This document shows positions 8,511-18,000 of a stretch of DNA of 64,000 nt, one piece after another. The notes beneath the pieces are model-generated. The model did no database searches. It was not told the origin of the DNA and was given only the letters and a program-made list of their open reading frames with translations. The stretch lies in NCBI GenBank assembly GCA_038238555.1, contig JBBRXP010000001.1:2217-66216 (forward strand), given 5' to 3'. Position 1 is the first letter of the stretch; every line of letters starts with the position of its first letter. This DNA comes from Chthoniobacterales bacterium (GTDB lineage Bacteria; Verrucomicrobiota; Verrucomicrobiia; Chthoniobacterales; Chthoniobacteraceae). Made by a program: the position numbers and the translations under genes.

Positions 8511-9715
8511 AAGAGATGGCCCATCTTCAGGCGCTTGGTCTCGAGATATTTCGCGTTGTGCGGATTGGGCGGCGACTTGATGGGCACGACCTCCACGATC
8601 TTCAAGCCGTAGCCTTCGAGGCCGATAACCTTCTTCGGATTATTGGTGAGGAAGCGCATCCGGCGCACGCCGAGATCGAATAGAATCTGCGCGCCCAGCC
8701 CGTAGTCGCGCAGCTCGGCGGGGAAGCCGAGCCGCTCATTGGCCTCCACCGTGTCGAGGCCCTGCTCCTGGAGCTTGTAGGCGTGGATCTTTGCAGGGAG
8801 GCCAATTCCGCGGCCTTCGTGCTGGCGCATGTAGAGGAGCACGCCGGCGCCCGCGGCGTCGATCTGCCGCAGCGCGGTGTGCAATTGATCGCCGCAATCG
8901 CACCGCTGCGAGCCGAAGACATCGCCCGTGAGACACTCGCTGTGCACGCGCACGAGCGTGGCCTTCTTCGTCGAGATCACACCCTTCACGAGCGCGAGAT
9001 GATGCGTGCCATCGATGACCGAACGATACATGTGCAGGTCGAACTCGCCGTATGCCGTCGGAAGCTTCACGACTTGTTCGCGCTCGACGAGCCGCTCGCT
9101 GCTGCGCCGATGCGCGATGAGGTCGCGGATCGAACACATTTTCAGCCGGTGCTTTCTGCGGAATTTCAGCAGCTCGGGCAGCCGCGCCATGGTGCCATCG
9201 GCGTTGAGGATTTCGCACAGCACGGCCGCGGGCTGGAGCCCGGCAAGCCGCGCGAGATCCACGCTCGCCTCGGTATGTCCCGCGCGGCGCAACACGCCGC
9301 CGTCCTTGGCCCGCAGCGGAAAGACGTGGCCGGGCTGCACGAGCGCGCGCGGCGTGGCTTTTGGATCGACGAGAACGCGGATGGTCCGCGCCCGATCATG
9401 CGCGCTGATGCCGGTGGTCACGCCCTGCGCGGCATCCACCGACACGGTGAAATCCGTGCGGTAGCTTTCTCGATTTTCCAGCACCATGCGCTGAAGGCCG
9501 AGCTGTTCCGCGCGCTCATCGGCGATGGGCGCGCAGATGAGCCCGCGCCCGTGAGTAGCCATGAAGTTGACGGCTTCGGGCGTGATCTTTTCCGCCGCCA
9601 TCACCAGGTCGCCCTCGTTCTCGCGATCGGCATCGTCAGTCACCACCACGAGCTTGCCGGCGCGGATGTCCTTGATGACGGCATCGATCGGATCGAACAG
9701 CGGAGTCTCTGGCAT
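8507..9715 (-). CDS. ribBA: Bifunctional 3,4-dihydroxy-2-butanone-4-phosphate synthase / GTP cyclohydrolase II
   Basis: DRENEGDLVMAAE marks the DHBP synthase half. VRVHSECLTGDVFGSQRCDCG marks the GCH II zinc site. 402 aa. Confidence 0.95.
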   Translation of the reverse strand: MPETPLFDPIDAVIKDIRAGKLVVVTDDADRENEGDLVMAAEKITPEAVNFMATHGRGLICAPIADERAEQLGLQRMVLENRESYRTDFTVSVDAAQGVTTGISAHDRARTIRVLVDPKATPRALVQPGHVFPLRAKDGGVLRRAGHTEASVDLARLAGLQPAAVLCEILNADGTMARLPELLKFRRKHRLKMCSIRDLIAHRRSSERLVEREQVVKLPTAYGEFDLHMYRSVIDGTHHLALVKGVISTKKATLVRVHSECLTGDVFGSQRCDCGDQLHTALRQIDAAGAGVLLYMRQHEGRGIGLPAKIHAYKLQEQGLDTVEANERLGFPAELRDYGLGAQILFDLGVRRMRFLTNNPKKVIGLEGYGLKIVEVVPIKSPPNPHNAKYLETKRLKMGHLL

Positions 9716-10143
9716 GTGCAGCGCGGACTATGGAGCAACGCCGCCGCCCGAAACAACCGCGATGTTCGCGGCCGCCCGATTGGCGGGATCGAAAAACGAA
9801 TACCGATTGCGTGTGGGAAATCACAGCGTCCTTCTTTAAACTCGAAGGCCGAGAATTGGGACTGTAACGAACCTCAACCCCACGCCCGGCCGCGAGCCAG
9901 GCAGCACGCACGGCGGATATGGCAACTCACCGCGGACCCGGCTTGTCTTTTCCCGCGCGTGAGTCGAGCATCGGCTCCACGCCCAAGCATGATCTCGCGC
10001 CCCCACATAGAAGACTTTGCCCCGCGCGTGGCGCGGGAGTCTCTCTCGGCAGGAAGAAGACCGAGCTTCGATCGCATGAGCGCGGAAGATTCCAATTCGT
10101 CGCTCCCCGTCCCGTTCGTTGTTGGTGGCACGCCCTTTCCCTT

Positions 10144-11034
10144 ATGAAGTTTCCTCATCTGCTCGTCTTACTTTCCTTGCCGGCGCTTGATCCCGCCTTT
10201 GGGCAGAATGCGGCGACTTACACGCGAACGGAGGACGTGGTCTATGGGAGGAAATTCGGAGTCGCACTTACTCTCGATGTGATTCAACCGATCAAGAACA
10301 GTAACGGACACGGCATTATTTACATGGTCAGCGGCGGCTGGATTTCCTCCCATGAAGCGATAAGTCCGATGAGTTATGCGCCTTTCCTCGATCGGGGTTA
10401 CACCGTCTTTGCCGTCGTGCATGGATGCCAGCCGAAGTTCACGATTCCCGAGATCACCGAGGACATCCACCGCGCAGTGCGCTTCATCCGTTACAATGCT
10501 CGCAAGTGGGGGGTAAACCCGGATCACCTTGGCATCACGGGTGGCAGCGCCGGCGGGCATCTTTCGCTCACCATTGGCGCCAAAGGCGGGCCGGGCTTAT
10601 TGGAATCCCGCGACCCGATCGACCGCGAGAGCAGCGCCGTGCAGGCTGTCGCGTGTTTCTTTCCGCCCACCGATTTCCTAAATTACGGCGCACCCGGCGA
10701 GGATGCGGTGGGTGTCGGAATATTGAAAAATTTCAAGGCCGCATTCGGTTCCGAGTCCGACACGGCGGAGGGCCGGCAGAAGCTGGGGAGGAAGATTTCG
10801 CCGATTTATTTCATCACCGGCCATCTGCCGCCGACTCTCATCATCCACGGCGATGCCGACACGCTGGTTCCCATGCAGCAGGCCGAAAGTTTTCTTCAGC
10901 GAGCGCGCGAGGCCGGAGTGGAGGCGCAACTCGTCGTCAAGCCCGGTGCCGGCCACGGCTGGGCCGATCGAGGAGGGGACATGGCGCGTATGGCGGATTG
11001 GTTCGACCTGCACCTGCGCGGAATCAGTAAGTGA
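10144..11034 (+). CDS. Secreted alpha/beta hydrolase (esterase/lipase family)
   Basis: ORF 9919..11034 trimmed to ATG 10144 (MKFPHLLVLLSLPALDPAFG signal peptide). GITGGSAGGHLS is a G-x-S-x-G motif. IIHGDADTLVP is also present. Confidence 0.8.
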   Translation: MKFPHLLVLLSLPALDPAFGQNAATYTRTEDVVYGRKFGVALTLDVIQPIKNSNGHGIIYMVSGGWISSHEAISPMSYAPFLDRGYTVFAVVHGCQPKFTIPEITEDIHRAVRFIRYNARKWGVNPDHLGITGGSAGGHLSLTIGAKGGPGLLESRDPIDRESSAVQAVACFFPPTDFLNYGAPGEDAVGVGILKNFKAAFGSESDTAEGRQKLGRKISPIYFITGHLPPTLIIHGDADTLVPMQQAESFLQRAREAGVEAQLVVKPGAGHGWADRGGDMARMADWFDLHLRGISK

Positions 11035-11117
11035 TTCGCCGGGCTCGTGCCGGCTTGCAATGGCCTTCCGCATCGTTCCGGCTAAGATTCGCGCTTGAAC
11101 TCCTCTCTTCCCATCCC

Positions 11118-14100
11118 ATGAAACTCCCGCTCTTCCCCGTCCTCGTCGGCGTGGCGCTCGCGCTTGGCGCGGGGCGCACGGCTTATCCCCAATCGCTCGA
11201 ACTCAAAAAAGGCGACCATATTGCCGTGGTGGGCAGCGGGCTGGCGGATCGGCAGCAGCACCATGGCTGGCTCGAGGCGCTCATTCACAAGGCGCATCCC
11301 GATCTCGATCTTACTGTGCGCAATCTTGGCTTTGCGGCGGATGAGGTGAATGTGCATCCGCGTTCCGATGAAGTGCCCACCACGGAGTATTTCCTGAACA
11401 TGAAGCCGGGCGATCTTACTCAGAAGGTGGGTAACGTGGAAGTAACTTATAAGTCAGGCGCGGATTTCCATGCCAATGTCCTCCTTGCTTACTGGGGCTT
11501 TAACGAATCATTCAAGGGCGAAGGCGGGCTGGCTGATTTCAAGAAAGCCCTGGATACTTATCTCCGGGCGCAGACGGGCGCGAACTATGGCAAGGGCGCG
11601 CCGTTCGTGGTGCTCTTCTCGCCCATCGCCCACGAAAATCTGAAGGACGATAACTACCCCGACGGCTCGGCCAATAACAAGAACCTCGCGCTTTACACCG
11701 AGGCCATGGCCGCGGTGGCAAAGGCCAACCATGTGCGGTTTGTGGATCTCTTCCACCGCTCACAGGCGCTGTATGCGGAGGCGGCGCATCCGCTCACGAT
11801 CGATGGCGTTCATCTTAACGAGGAGGGCGACAGGCTCCTCGCACCCATTCAGTTCAAGGGTATTTTTGGCAAGGAAGGAGCGAAGACAGATGACCCTGGT
11901 GTAACAAAAATTCGCGAGGCGGTGCTCGAGAAAAACGCGCAGTGGCATCACCGTTACCGCACCGTGGATCAGTATAACATCTACGGCACGCGGTCGCGCA
12001 TTGCTTATGAGGGAGTAACTAACGCGACGATCATGGGCGAGGAAATGGCGCAGCGCGATGTAAAGACCGCCAACCGCGACAAGGCCGTGTGGGCGGCGGC
12101 GAAAGGAAGCGAGATGAAGGTGGTGGACGATAACTTGCCGACGGTAAGCAGCGTGCCGCCGAATCGAAAGGAAGCGGTGCCTTACCTCGGCGGCGAAGAA
12201 GCCATCCCGTCTCTTACGTTACCCAAAGGCTGTAAGATCGAGTTAGTGGCATCGGAGGAGACTTATCCCGAGCTGGTCAACCCAGTGCAGATGGCCTTCG
12301 ATACCCGGGGCCGACTGTGGATCTCCGCGTGGCCGAGTTATCCCGAAAGCACCCCGACGGCCAAGGTCTTCGATAAGTTACTTGTCTTCGATCTCGATCC
12401 CAAGACGGGCAAGGCTGCGAAGTGCACGACTTACCTCGATGGGCTCAATTGTCCGACGGGTTTCCAGTTCTACAAAGATGGCGTGCTGGTGATGCAGTCG
12501 CCCGATCTGTGGTGGGTGCGCGACACCGATGGCGATGGCAAGGCCGACTGGAAAGAGCGCATGCTCCAGGGTCTCGACGCCGCGGATTCGCATCACGAGA
12601 CTAACTCGATGTGCCTCGAGCCGGGCGGCGCTGTGTATCTGAGCGACGGCATCTTTCACCGCACTAACCTCGAGACGCTCACCGGACCGGTGCGCAATGA
12701 GAACGGCTGCATCTACCGTTATGAACCTCGGACGAGTAAGTTCGAGCGCCATGTGCCCAAGGGCTTCGCCAATCCGCACGGCCGCGTGTTTGATTACTGG
12801 GGCAACGATCTCGTCACCGATGCCACGGGTAACGCTAACTACTTTGGCCCGGCCTTCAGCGGACATCTTGACGCCGGCGCACATCCACAGATGCTGGAGT
12901 TTTGGAAACGCCCGGCACGTCCGTGTCCCGGCACGAACATTCTCACGAGCCGGCATTTTCCCGACGAGTGGCAGGGGCAGTTTCTCAACTGCAACGTCAT
13001 CAGCTTCCAAGGCATCTTCCGCGCAAAGCTTACCGACGAAGGTTCCGGCCTCCACGGCGATACCCTCGAACCGCTCGTCACCGCCGACCTCGATAAGAAC
13101 CCAAACTTCCGACCTTCCGGAGTAACTGTCGCGCCCGATGGGTCGATCTATTTCATGGATTGGGCGCAGATGCTTATCGGCCATCTGCAGCATCACCTGC
13201 GCGATCCCAACCGCGACCATCAGCACGGACGCATTTATCGCATTACTTATGAAGGCCGGCCGCTGCTTGTGCCGAAGAAGATCGCCGGCGAGCCGATCGA
13301 GGCGCTGCTCGAGCTACTCAAAGAACCGGAGAACGACGTGCGCATCCGCGCGAAGATCGAGCTTGGAGGCCGGGACACGAAGGATGTGATCGCGGCGGTG
13401 GACAAGTGGGCGAGGGGACTCGACACGCTCGATCCCGCTTTCGAGCACCGGCGTCTCGAAACCCTGTGGGTGCATCAATATCACAACGTCGTGAACCTCG
13501 AACTGCTCCGCGCCGTGTTGAAATCGCCCGAGCCGCGCGCGCGGGCGCAAGCTGTGCGCGTGCTCTGCTACTGGCGCGACCGCGTGCCCGACGCGCTGGC
13601 TGCTTTGAAGACCGCCGCGCAAGACGAGAGCCCGCGCGTGCGGCTCGAAGCGGTGCGCGCCGCGAGTTTCTTTGCGGGCCAGGATGTGCCCGCGGCCATC
13701 GACGTGGCTTACTCCATTCTCGAGCGCGAGACGGATTACTACCTCGACTACACCTATGGCGAGACGATGCGGCAACTGCGCTCGTTGAGGCCGGATTACG
13801 CGCTGCCGGCCGATCCGGGCCTGCTCAGCCGGGTGCTCGAAAAAATGTCCGACAGCGAACTCGCCCACGCACCGGGCACGGAGCCCGTGTTGCTCGCCCG
13901 CCTCGTGCGGAAAAGCTACGACGCCCCGACGCGCGAGAAGGCGGTGACGGAACTCGCGCGGCTTCACCACACCGATCGCTTGAGCGAACTGGTCGCCTCG
14001 CTCGGCCGAATGGACGCTCTCGGCAACGCCGCCACGGCCAGCGCGGAAGAGCTCGGGAAAATGCTGACTCTGTCGGCGCCCTCCGAGCTCGGCAAGGTGC

Positions 14101-15146
14101 GCGCCGCTCTCGCTTCGATCGCACAGAAAGCCGCGCTCGCCCCGGTGCGCGGCGCGGCGTGGGCCGCGCTCGTGATCGCCGATGGCAAGCCAGACATCGC
14201 GTGGGCCGCGGCGAAGGACGCCGCGAGCCGGCAGGCATTGGTGGATGCAATCGGGCTCATCGCCGACCCGATGTTGCGCGCAAAATTTCAGCCGCTCCTG
14301 GCCAACGCACTCGCCGGACCGGAGCTCAATGCCGGCGTGCGTTCCGCCTCGGTAAAGGCTTTGCCGCTCATGGGCGCCGAAAACGCACGGGTGAATTTCC
14401 CCTTCCTCGCCTCCGCCCTGCGCGACGGAAAAGATCGCACCGCCGCCGCGCGCGCCATCATGCAATTGCCGCGCGATAGCTGGACCCCCGAGGCCGCGGG
14501 GCCCATCGCCGAGAGCATCCTCGTGTGGGCAAAGACGGTGCCCGCTGGTGATCGGACGAAGCAGGATTTCATCGAGACCGCTCAGACCGGCATGGAGATG
14601 GCCGCGCTGCTCCCGGCTGCCGACGCCACGCGCATCCGCAAGGAATTGCGCGGCCTCGGCGTGAGCGTCTTCGTTATCAAGACCGTGCGGGAGCAGATGC
14701 GCTACGACACGCCGCGCCTGGTGGTGGAGGCGGGCAAGCCCTTCGAGGTCATCCTCGAAAACATGGACGTGATGCCGCATAACATCGTCTTCGTGGAGCC
14801 CGGCACCCGCAAGGCCGTGGCCGAGTCCGTGCAGACGATGCCGCCGACTCAGCTCGACAAACATGGCCGCGCCTATGTGAAGGAAAAAGACAAACGCGTG
14901 CTCGATGCCTCCCGGCTCCTCGAGCCCGGAAAGAAAGAAACCCTCAAGCTCACCGCGCCGGAGACGGAAGGGGAATACGAGTACGTCTGCACGTTCCCCG
15001 GGCATTGGATGATCATGTGGGGCCGGCTCATCGTGACCAAAGACGTGGACGCCTATTTGCAGAAGAATCCACAGCCCGCGGCGACGACGCCATCCGCGGC
15101 CGCTCTCGGTCACAGCGTTCACCAGCAGGCTTCGTCGCGGTTGTGA
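11118..15146 (+). CDS. Giant secreted multidomain protein: SGNH/GDSL-like + dehydrogenase-like propeller + HEAT repeats + C-terminal azurin/cupredoxin domain
   Basis: ORF 11031..15146 trimmed to ATG 11118 (MKLPLFPVLVGVALALGAG signal peptide). The N-terminal block is SGNH-like (IAVVGSGLADRQQ). The propeller is paralogous to 4945..7512 (ANPHGRVFDYWGNDLVTDATGN, GRIYRITYEG). HEAT repeats follow. A type-1 copper motif YEYVCTFPGHWMIMWG (C-x2-PGH-x3-M, as in azurin) lies at about 14976-15023. Confidence 0.85.
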   Translation: MKLPLFPVLVGVALALGAGRTAYPQSLELKKGDHIAVVGSGLADRQQHHGWLEALIHKAHPDLDLTVRNLGFAADEVNVHPRSDEVPTTEYFLNMKPGDLTQKVGNVEVTYKSGADFHANVLLAYWGFNESFKGEGGLADFKKALDTYLRAQTGANYGKGAPFVVLFSPIAHENLKDDNYPDGSANNKNLALYTEAMAAVAKANHVRFVDLFHRSQALYAEAAHPLTIDGVHLNEEGDRLLAPIQFKGIFGKEGAKTDDPGVTKIREAVLEKNAQWHHRYRTVDQYNIYGTRSRIAYEGVTNATIMGEEMAQRDVKTANRDKAVWAAAKGSEMKVVDDNLPTVSSVPPNRKEAVPYLGGEEAIPSLTLPKGCKIELVASEETYPELVNPVQMAFDTRGRLWISAWPSYPESTPTAKVFDKLLVFDLDPKTGKAAKCTTYLDGLNCPTGFQFYKDGVLVMQSPDLWWVRDTDGDGKADWKERMLQGLDAADSHHETNSMCLEPGGAVYLSDGIFHRTNLETLTGPVRNENGCIYRYEPRTSKFERHVPKGFANPHGRVFDYWGNDLVTDATGNANYFGPAFSGHLDAGAHPQMLEFWKRPARPCPGTNILTSRHFPDEWQGQFLNCNVISFQGIFRAKLTDEGSGLHGDTLEPLVTADLDKNPNFRPSGVTVAPDGSIYFMDWAQMLIGHLQHHLRDPNRDHQHGRIYRITYEGRPLLVPKKIAGEPIEALLELLKEPENDVRIRAKIELGGRDTKDVIAAVDKWARGLDTLDPAFEHRRLETLWVHQYHNVVNLELLRAVLKSPEPRARAQAVRVLCYWRDRVPDALAALKTAAQDESPRVRLEAVRAASFFAGQDVPAAIDVAYSILERETDYYLDYTYGETMRQLRSLRPDYALPADPGLLSRVLEKMSDSELAHAPGTEPVLLARLVRKSYDAPTREKAVTELARLHHTDRLSELVASLGRMDALGNAATASAEELGKMLTLSAPSELGKVRAALASIAQKAALAPVRGAAWAALVIADGKPDIAWAAAKDAASRQALVDAIGLIADPMLRAKFQPLLANALAGPELNAGVRSASVKALPLMGAENARVNFPFLASALRDGKDRTAAARAIMQLPRDSWTPEAAGPIAESILVWAKTVPAGDRTKQDFIETAQTGMEMAALLPAADATRIRKELRGLGVSVFVIKTVREQMRYDTPRLVVEAGKPFEVILENMDVMPHNIVFVEPGTRKAVAESVQTMPPTQLDKHGRAYVKEKDKRVLDASRLLEPGKKETLKLTAPETEGEYEYVCTFPGHWMIMWGRLIVTKDVDAYLQKNPQPAATTPSAAALGHSVHQQASSRL

Positions 15147-16465
15147 CCGGGCCTTCACGCATCGCCGCGATGCTCGTCGCGATGGTCTCGGGCGCGTGCG
15201 CGGAAGAGCCCGTGAGCTTTCGCGCGGACATCGCTCCGTTGCTCCAGCGCCGCTGCGCGACATGCCACGGGGAGGAGAATGCGAAGGGGCGTTACCGGCT
15301 GGATTCATTCGCCAATCTCTCGAAGGCGGGCGAGAGCGATCAGCCGCCGGTGGTGCCGGGCAAGCCGCGCGAGTCGGAGATTTACCGGCTTCTCACTGAG
15401 CCGGACGCAACCGATCGAATGCCGCAAAAGGCGGACGCTTTGCCGAGCCAAGAAATCGCGCTGGTCGCGCGCTGGATCGCGGAAGGCGCGATCTACGACG
15501 GCGGCTCGGCGCGGCGTCCGCTGGTCGAGCTTGCGCGCGACTCAATGCTGCGGCCCGCTCCCGAGCACTACACGCGGCCCGCTCCGGTCACGGCCCTCGC
15601 GTTCAGCCCCGACGGCGCGCAGCTCGCGGTGAGCGGTTACTACGAAGTCACGATCTGGAACGCGGCCGACGGCTCGCTCGCGCGGCGCATCGGCGGGCTG
15701 CCGGAGCGCATCACGGCGCTGGCATGGCACGCGGGGAGAAATGTGCTCGCGGTCGCGGGCGGCTCGCCCTCGCAGTGGGGAAGCGTGGCGCTGGTCGAAC
15801 CGAGCGCAGAGTCTCGCGTTCGTTTTCTCTGCGACCTCGCCGACACCGCGCTGAGCGTCGCCTTCAGTCCTGATGGCTCGCGTATCGTGACCGGCGGCGC
15901 GGATCGTACCATCCGCCTCTTCGACACGGCGAGCGGCAAGCAGCAGCGTGTGGTGCGGCAGCACGCGGATTGGGTGCAAAGCGTGGCGTTCAGCCCGGAC
16001 GGCGCGCGCATCGTTTCCGCGAGCCGCGACCGCACTGTGCGCATCTTCGACGCGGCGACCGGAGAGCTGGAGAAGACTTACAGCGGACATGAGGTGCCCG
16101 TGGTGGCAGCGCTTTTCGTGACCAGCAACACGGTCCTTTCGCTCGGCCGCGGAAAGATCGCGCACCTGTGGGAAGCGGCTTCGGCAAAGGATTCCAAGAC
16201 GACGATCGTTTTCGGTAGCGACGTTCAGCAGATCGCCGCGAGCCCTTTCGGAGTGATCGCCGGCGGAGTCGATCACTGCGTGCGCGTGTATCGAACGAGC
16301 GACCGCGCCGAACTCTTCGCGCTCGCCGGTCACGGCGACGTGGTGCAAGCGCTCGCCGTCGCGCCGTCCGGCGACACCTTTGCCAGCGGAAGCGCGGAGG
16401 GCGTGGTGTGCGTGTGGAATCTCGCGTGCGAGACGTGGGCGATGCGCTTTACGGCGCGGCCGTGA
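15143..16465 (+). CDS. Cytochrome c domain + WD40-repeat protein
   Basis: GTG 15143 overlaps the upstream stop (GTGA) and yields the signal peptide TGPSRIAAMLVAMVSGACA. ATG 15170 is an alternative start. FRADIAPLLQRRCATCHGEENAKGRYRLD contains CATCH at 15254-15268. The remainder is WD40 repeats (SPDGARIVSASRDRTVRIFD). Confidence 0.85.
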   Translation: MTGPSRIAAMLVAMVSGACAEEPVSFRADIAPLLQRRCATCHGEENAKGRYRLDSFANLSKAGESDQPPVVPGKPRESEIYRLLTEPDATDRMPQKADALPSQEIALVARWIAEGAIYDGGSARRPLVELARDSMLRPAPEHYTRPAPVTALAFSPDGAQLAVSGYYEVTIWNAADGSLARRIGGLPERITALAWHAGRNVLAVAGGSPSQWGSVALVEPSAESRVRFLCDLADTALSVAFSPDGSRIVTGGADRTIRLFDTASGKQQRVVRQHADWVQSVAFSPDGARIVSASRDRTVRIFDAATGELEKTYSGHEVPVVAALFVTSNTVLSLGRGKIAHLWEAASAKDSKTTIVFGSDVQQIAASPFGVIAGGVDHCVRVYRTSDRAELFALAGHGDVVQALAVAPSGDTFASGSAEGVVCVWNLACETWAMRFTARP

Positions 16466-16483
16466 GGGGGATTGAGTGTTGCG

Positions 16484-16542
16484 GGCGTAGCGCAGACGCC
16501 CACGTCCGCGGATGTCTGGCGGACGCCTCGTCCGCGCTACGC
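16484..16542. terminator. Nested GC-rich hairpin between convergent genes (possible bidirectional terminator / REP-like)
   Basis: GGCGTAGCGCAGACGCC-CACGTCCGCGGATGTCTGGCGGACGCC-TCGTCCGCGCTACGC. The outer arms are GCGTAGCGC(A)GAC / GTC(C)GCGCTACGC. The inner arms are GTCCGC / GCGGAC. There is no U-tract. Confidence 0.35.
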
Positions 16543-17943
16543 GCTTCCCGCAAACACTTCCATCACCGGCTTGCCATCCGCGATCAAGACCGGGCGGTCC
16601 GCCGCCGTGCGCACCTCGGTGTGCGGGTCGATACCGAGCGCGTAATAAATGGTGGCGGCGAGATCGTCGGGGCGCACGGGATCTTCGGCGGGATAGGAGC
16701 CCGTCTTGTCCGACGCGCCGTGCACAAAGCCGCGCTTCACTCCGCCGCCGGCGAGCAGCGTGGTGTAACACTGCGGCCAGTGGTCGCGGCTCGCGTTCTT
16801 GTTGATCGCGGGCGTGCGTCCAAATTCGCCCATCCACACCACGAGCGTGTCCTCGAGCAAGCCGCGCTCGTCCATGTCGGTGAGCAGCGTGGGCAGCGTC
16901 TGCTCGGTCATGGGCAGGTGGTATTTTTCGATGATCGGAAACATGCGCGTGTTGTCGAAACCGTGCGTGTCCCAGCCGCCCTCGGTGCTGCTGCGCCCGC
17001 CGATGTTGGGCGCAAAATAGACGGTCACAAATTTCGTTCCCGCCTCGACGAGCCGCCGCGCGAGCAGGCAGCTCTGGCTGTAGGTGCTGCGGCCGTAAGC
17101 GTCGCGCACCTTCTCAGGCTCCGCGCTCAGGTTGAATGCGTCGCGCAGTTTCGGCGACTGGAGCATGGCCATCGCCTTGTCGTAGTAGCCGTCGAGCCCG
17201 CGCGCTTGCGCGGAGAAATCCATGAGTCGCGCCTGCCGATCCACGAGCCGCTGCAGCTCGCGCCGCGCTTGCATGCGCTCGAAGGAGATGCCCTCCGGCA
17301 GGCTCAGCTCGGGCAGCGAAAAGCTCGCGGCATTTGGATCCTGGAGCACGAGCAGCGGGTCGTGTTTTTTTCCGAGAAAGCTCGCGTGCTGGCCCGGCGT
17401 GACCGAGCCGTCGGTGATGGTGTGAGGATACGACACCGCCGTCGGCATCTCGCCGCTCGAGGGCGCGAGCCGATCGACCACCGAGGAGTAGCCGGGGAAA
17501 AGGTCGATGGAATCGCGCAGCCGCTGGTCATCGCTCGGCGGCGCGTGGCCGGTCAGCGCGTAGTAGCCGGCCGAGTTGTGATTCTTCATTGTGTGCGTCA
17601 TCGAGCGGATGAGCGTGACCTTGTCCATGACCGCCGCGGTGCGCGGCAATTTCTCGCTGACCGCAATGCCGTGCGCCTTGCTCGAGACGGGTCGGTGCGG
17701 ACCGCGGATGCCCTCGGGCGCGTCGGGCTTCATATCAAACATGTCGATGTGCGAAGGCCCGCCCCATTGAAAAAGAAAAATCACAGACTTCGCGCGAGCC
17801 CTGATTTTATCGGCCTTGGCGAGCGCCTCGGCGCGGAGCAGGCCCGGCATGGTGAGCCCGAGAAGTCCGAGCCCGCCGACCTTCAGCGCGTGACGGCGGC
17901 TCAGCGGGGTGTGGTGAAAGTTGGGGCAGGCGAAGGAGTGCAT
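16537..17943 (-). CDS. DUF1501 domain protein (sulfatase-fold, Tat-type leader)
   Basis: Leader SRRHALKVGGLGLLGL. Family-typical blocks: FQWGGPSHIDMFDMKPDAP and SRDHWPQCYTTLLAGGG. Confidence 0.9.
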   Translation of the reverse strand: MHSFACPNFHHTPLSRRHALKVGGLGLLGLTMPGLLRAEALAKADKIRARAKSVIFLFQWGGPSHIDMFDMKPDAPEGIRGPHRPVSSKAHGIAVSEKLPRTAAVMDKVTLIRSMTHTMKNHNSAGYYALTGHAPPSDDQRLRDSIDLFPGYSSVVDRLAPSSGEMPTAVSYPHTITDGSVTPGQHASFLGKKHDPLLVLQDPNAASFSLPELSLPEGISFERMQARRELQRLVDRQARLMDFSAQARGLDGYYDKAMAMLQSPKLRDAFNLSAEPEKVRDAYGRSTYSQSCLLARRLVEAGTKFVTVYFAPNIGGRSSTEGGWDTHGFDNTRMFPIIEKYHLPMTEQTLPTLLTDMDERGLLEDTLVVWMGEFGRTPAINKNASRDHWPQCYTTLLAGGGVKRGFVHGASDKTGSYPAEDPVRPDDLAATIYYALGIDPHTEVRTAADRPVLIADGKPVMEVFAGSA

Positions 17944-18000
17944 GGGTGTGAAGAGAGGACCTTTTCAGCGAGTTTCAAGATCGCGCGCTCCCGGAGCCAC

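Noticed and set aside
13314-15308. 664-aa minus-strand ORF; similar ORFs at 16408..18276, 27157..28998, 33690..35465, 42906..44651, 50927..52855 and 58971..60428
   Set aside because: All lie opposite well-supported genes, have extreme Arg/Gly/Ala/His content and no recognisable domains. I treated them as antisense artefacts.
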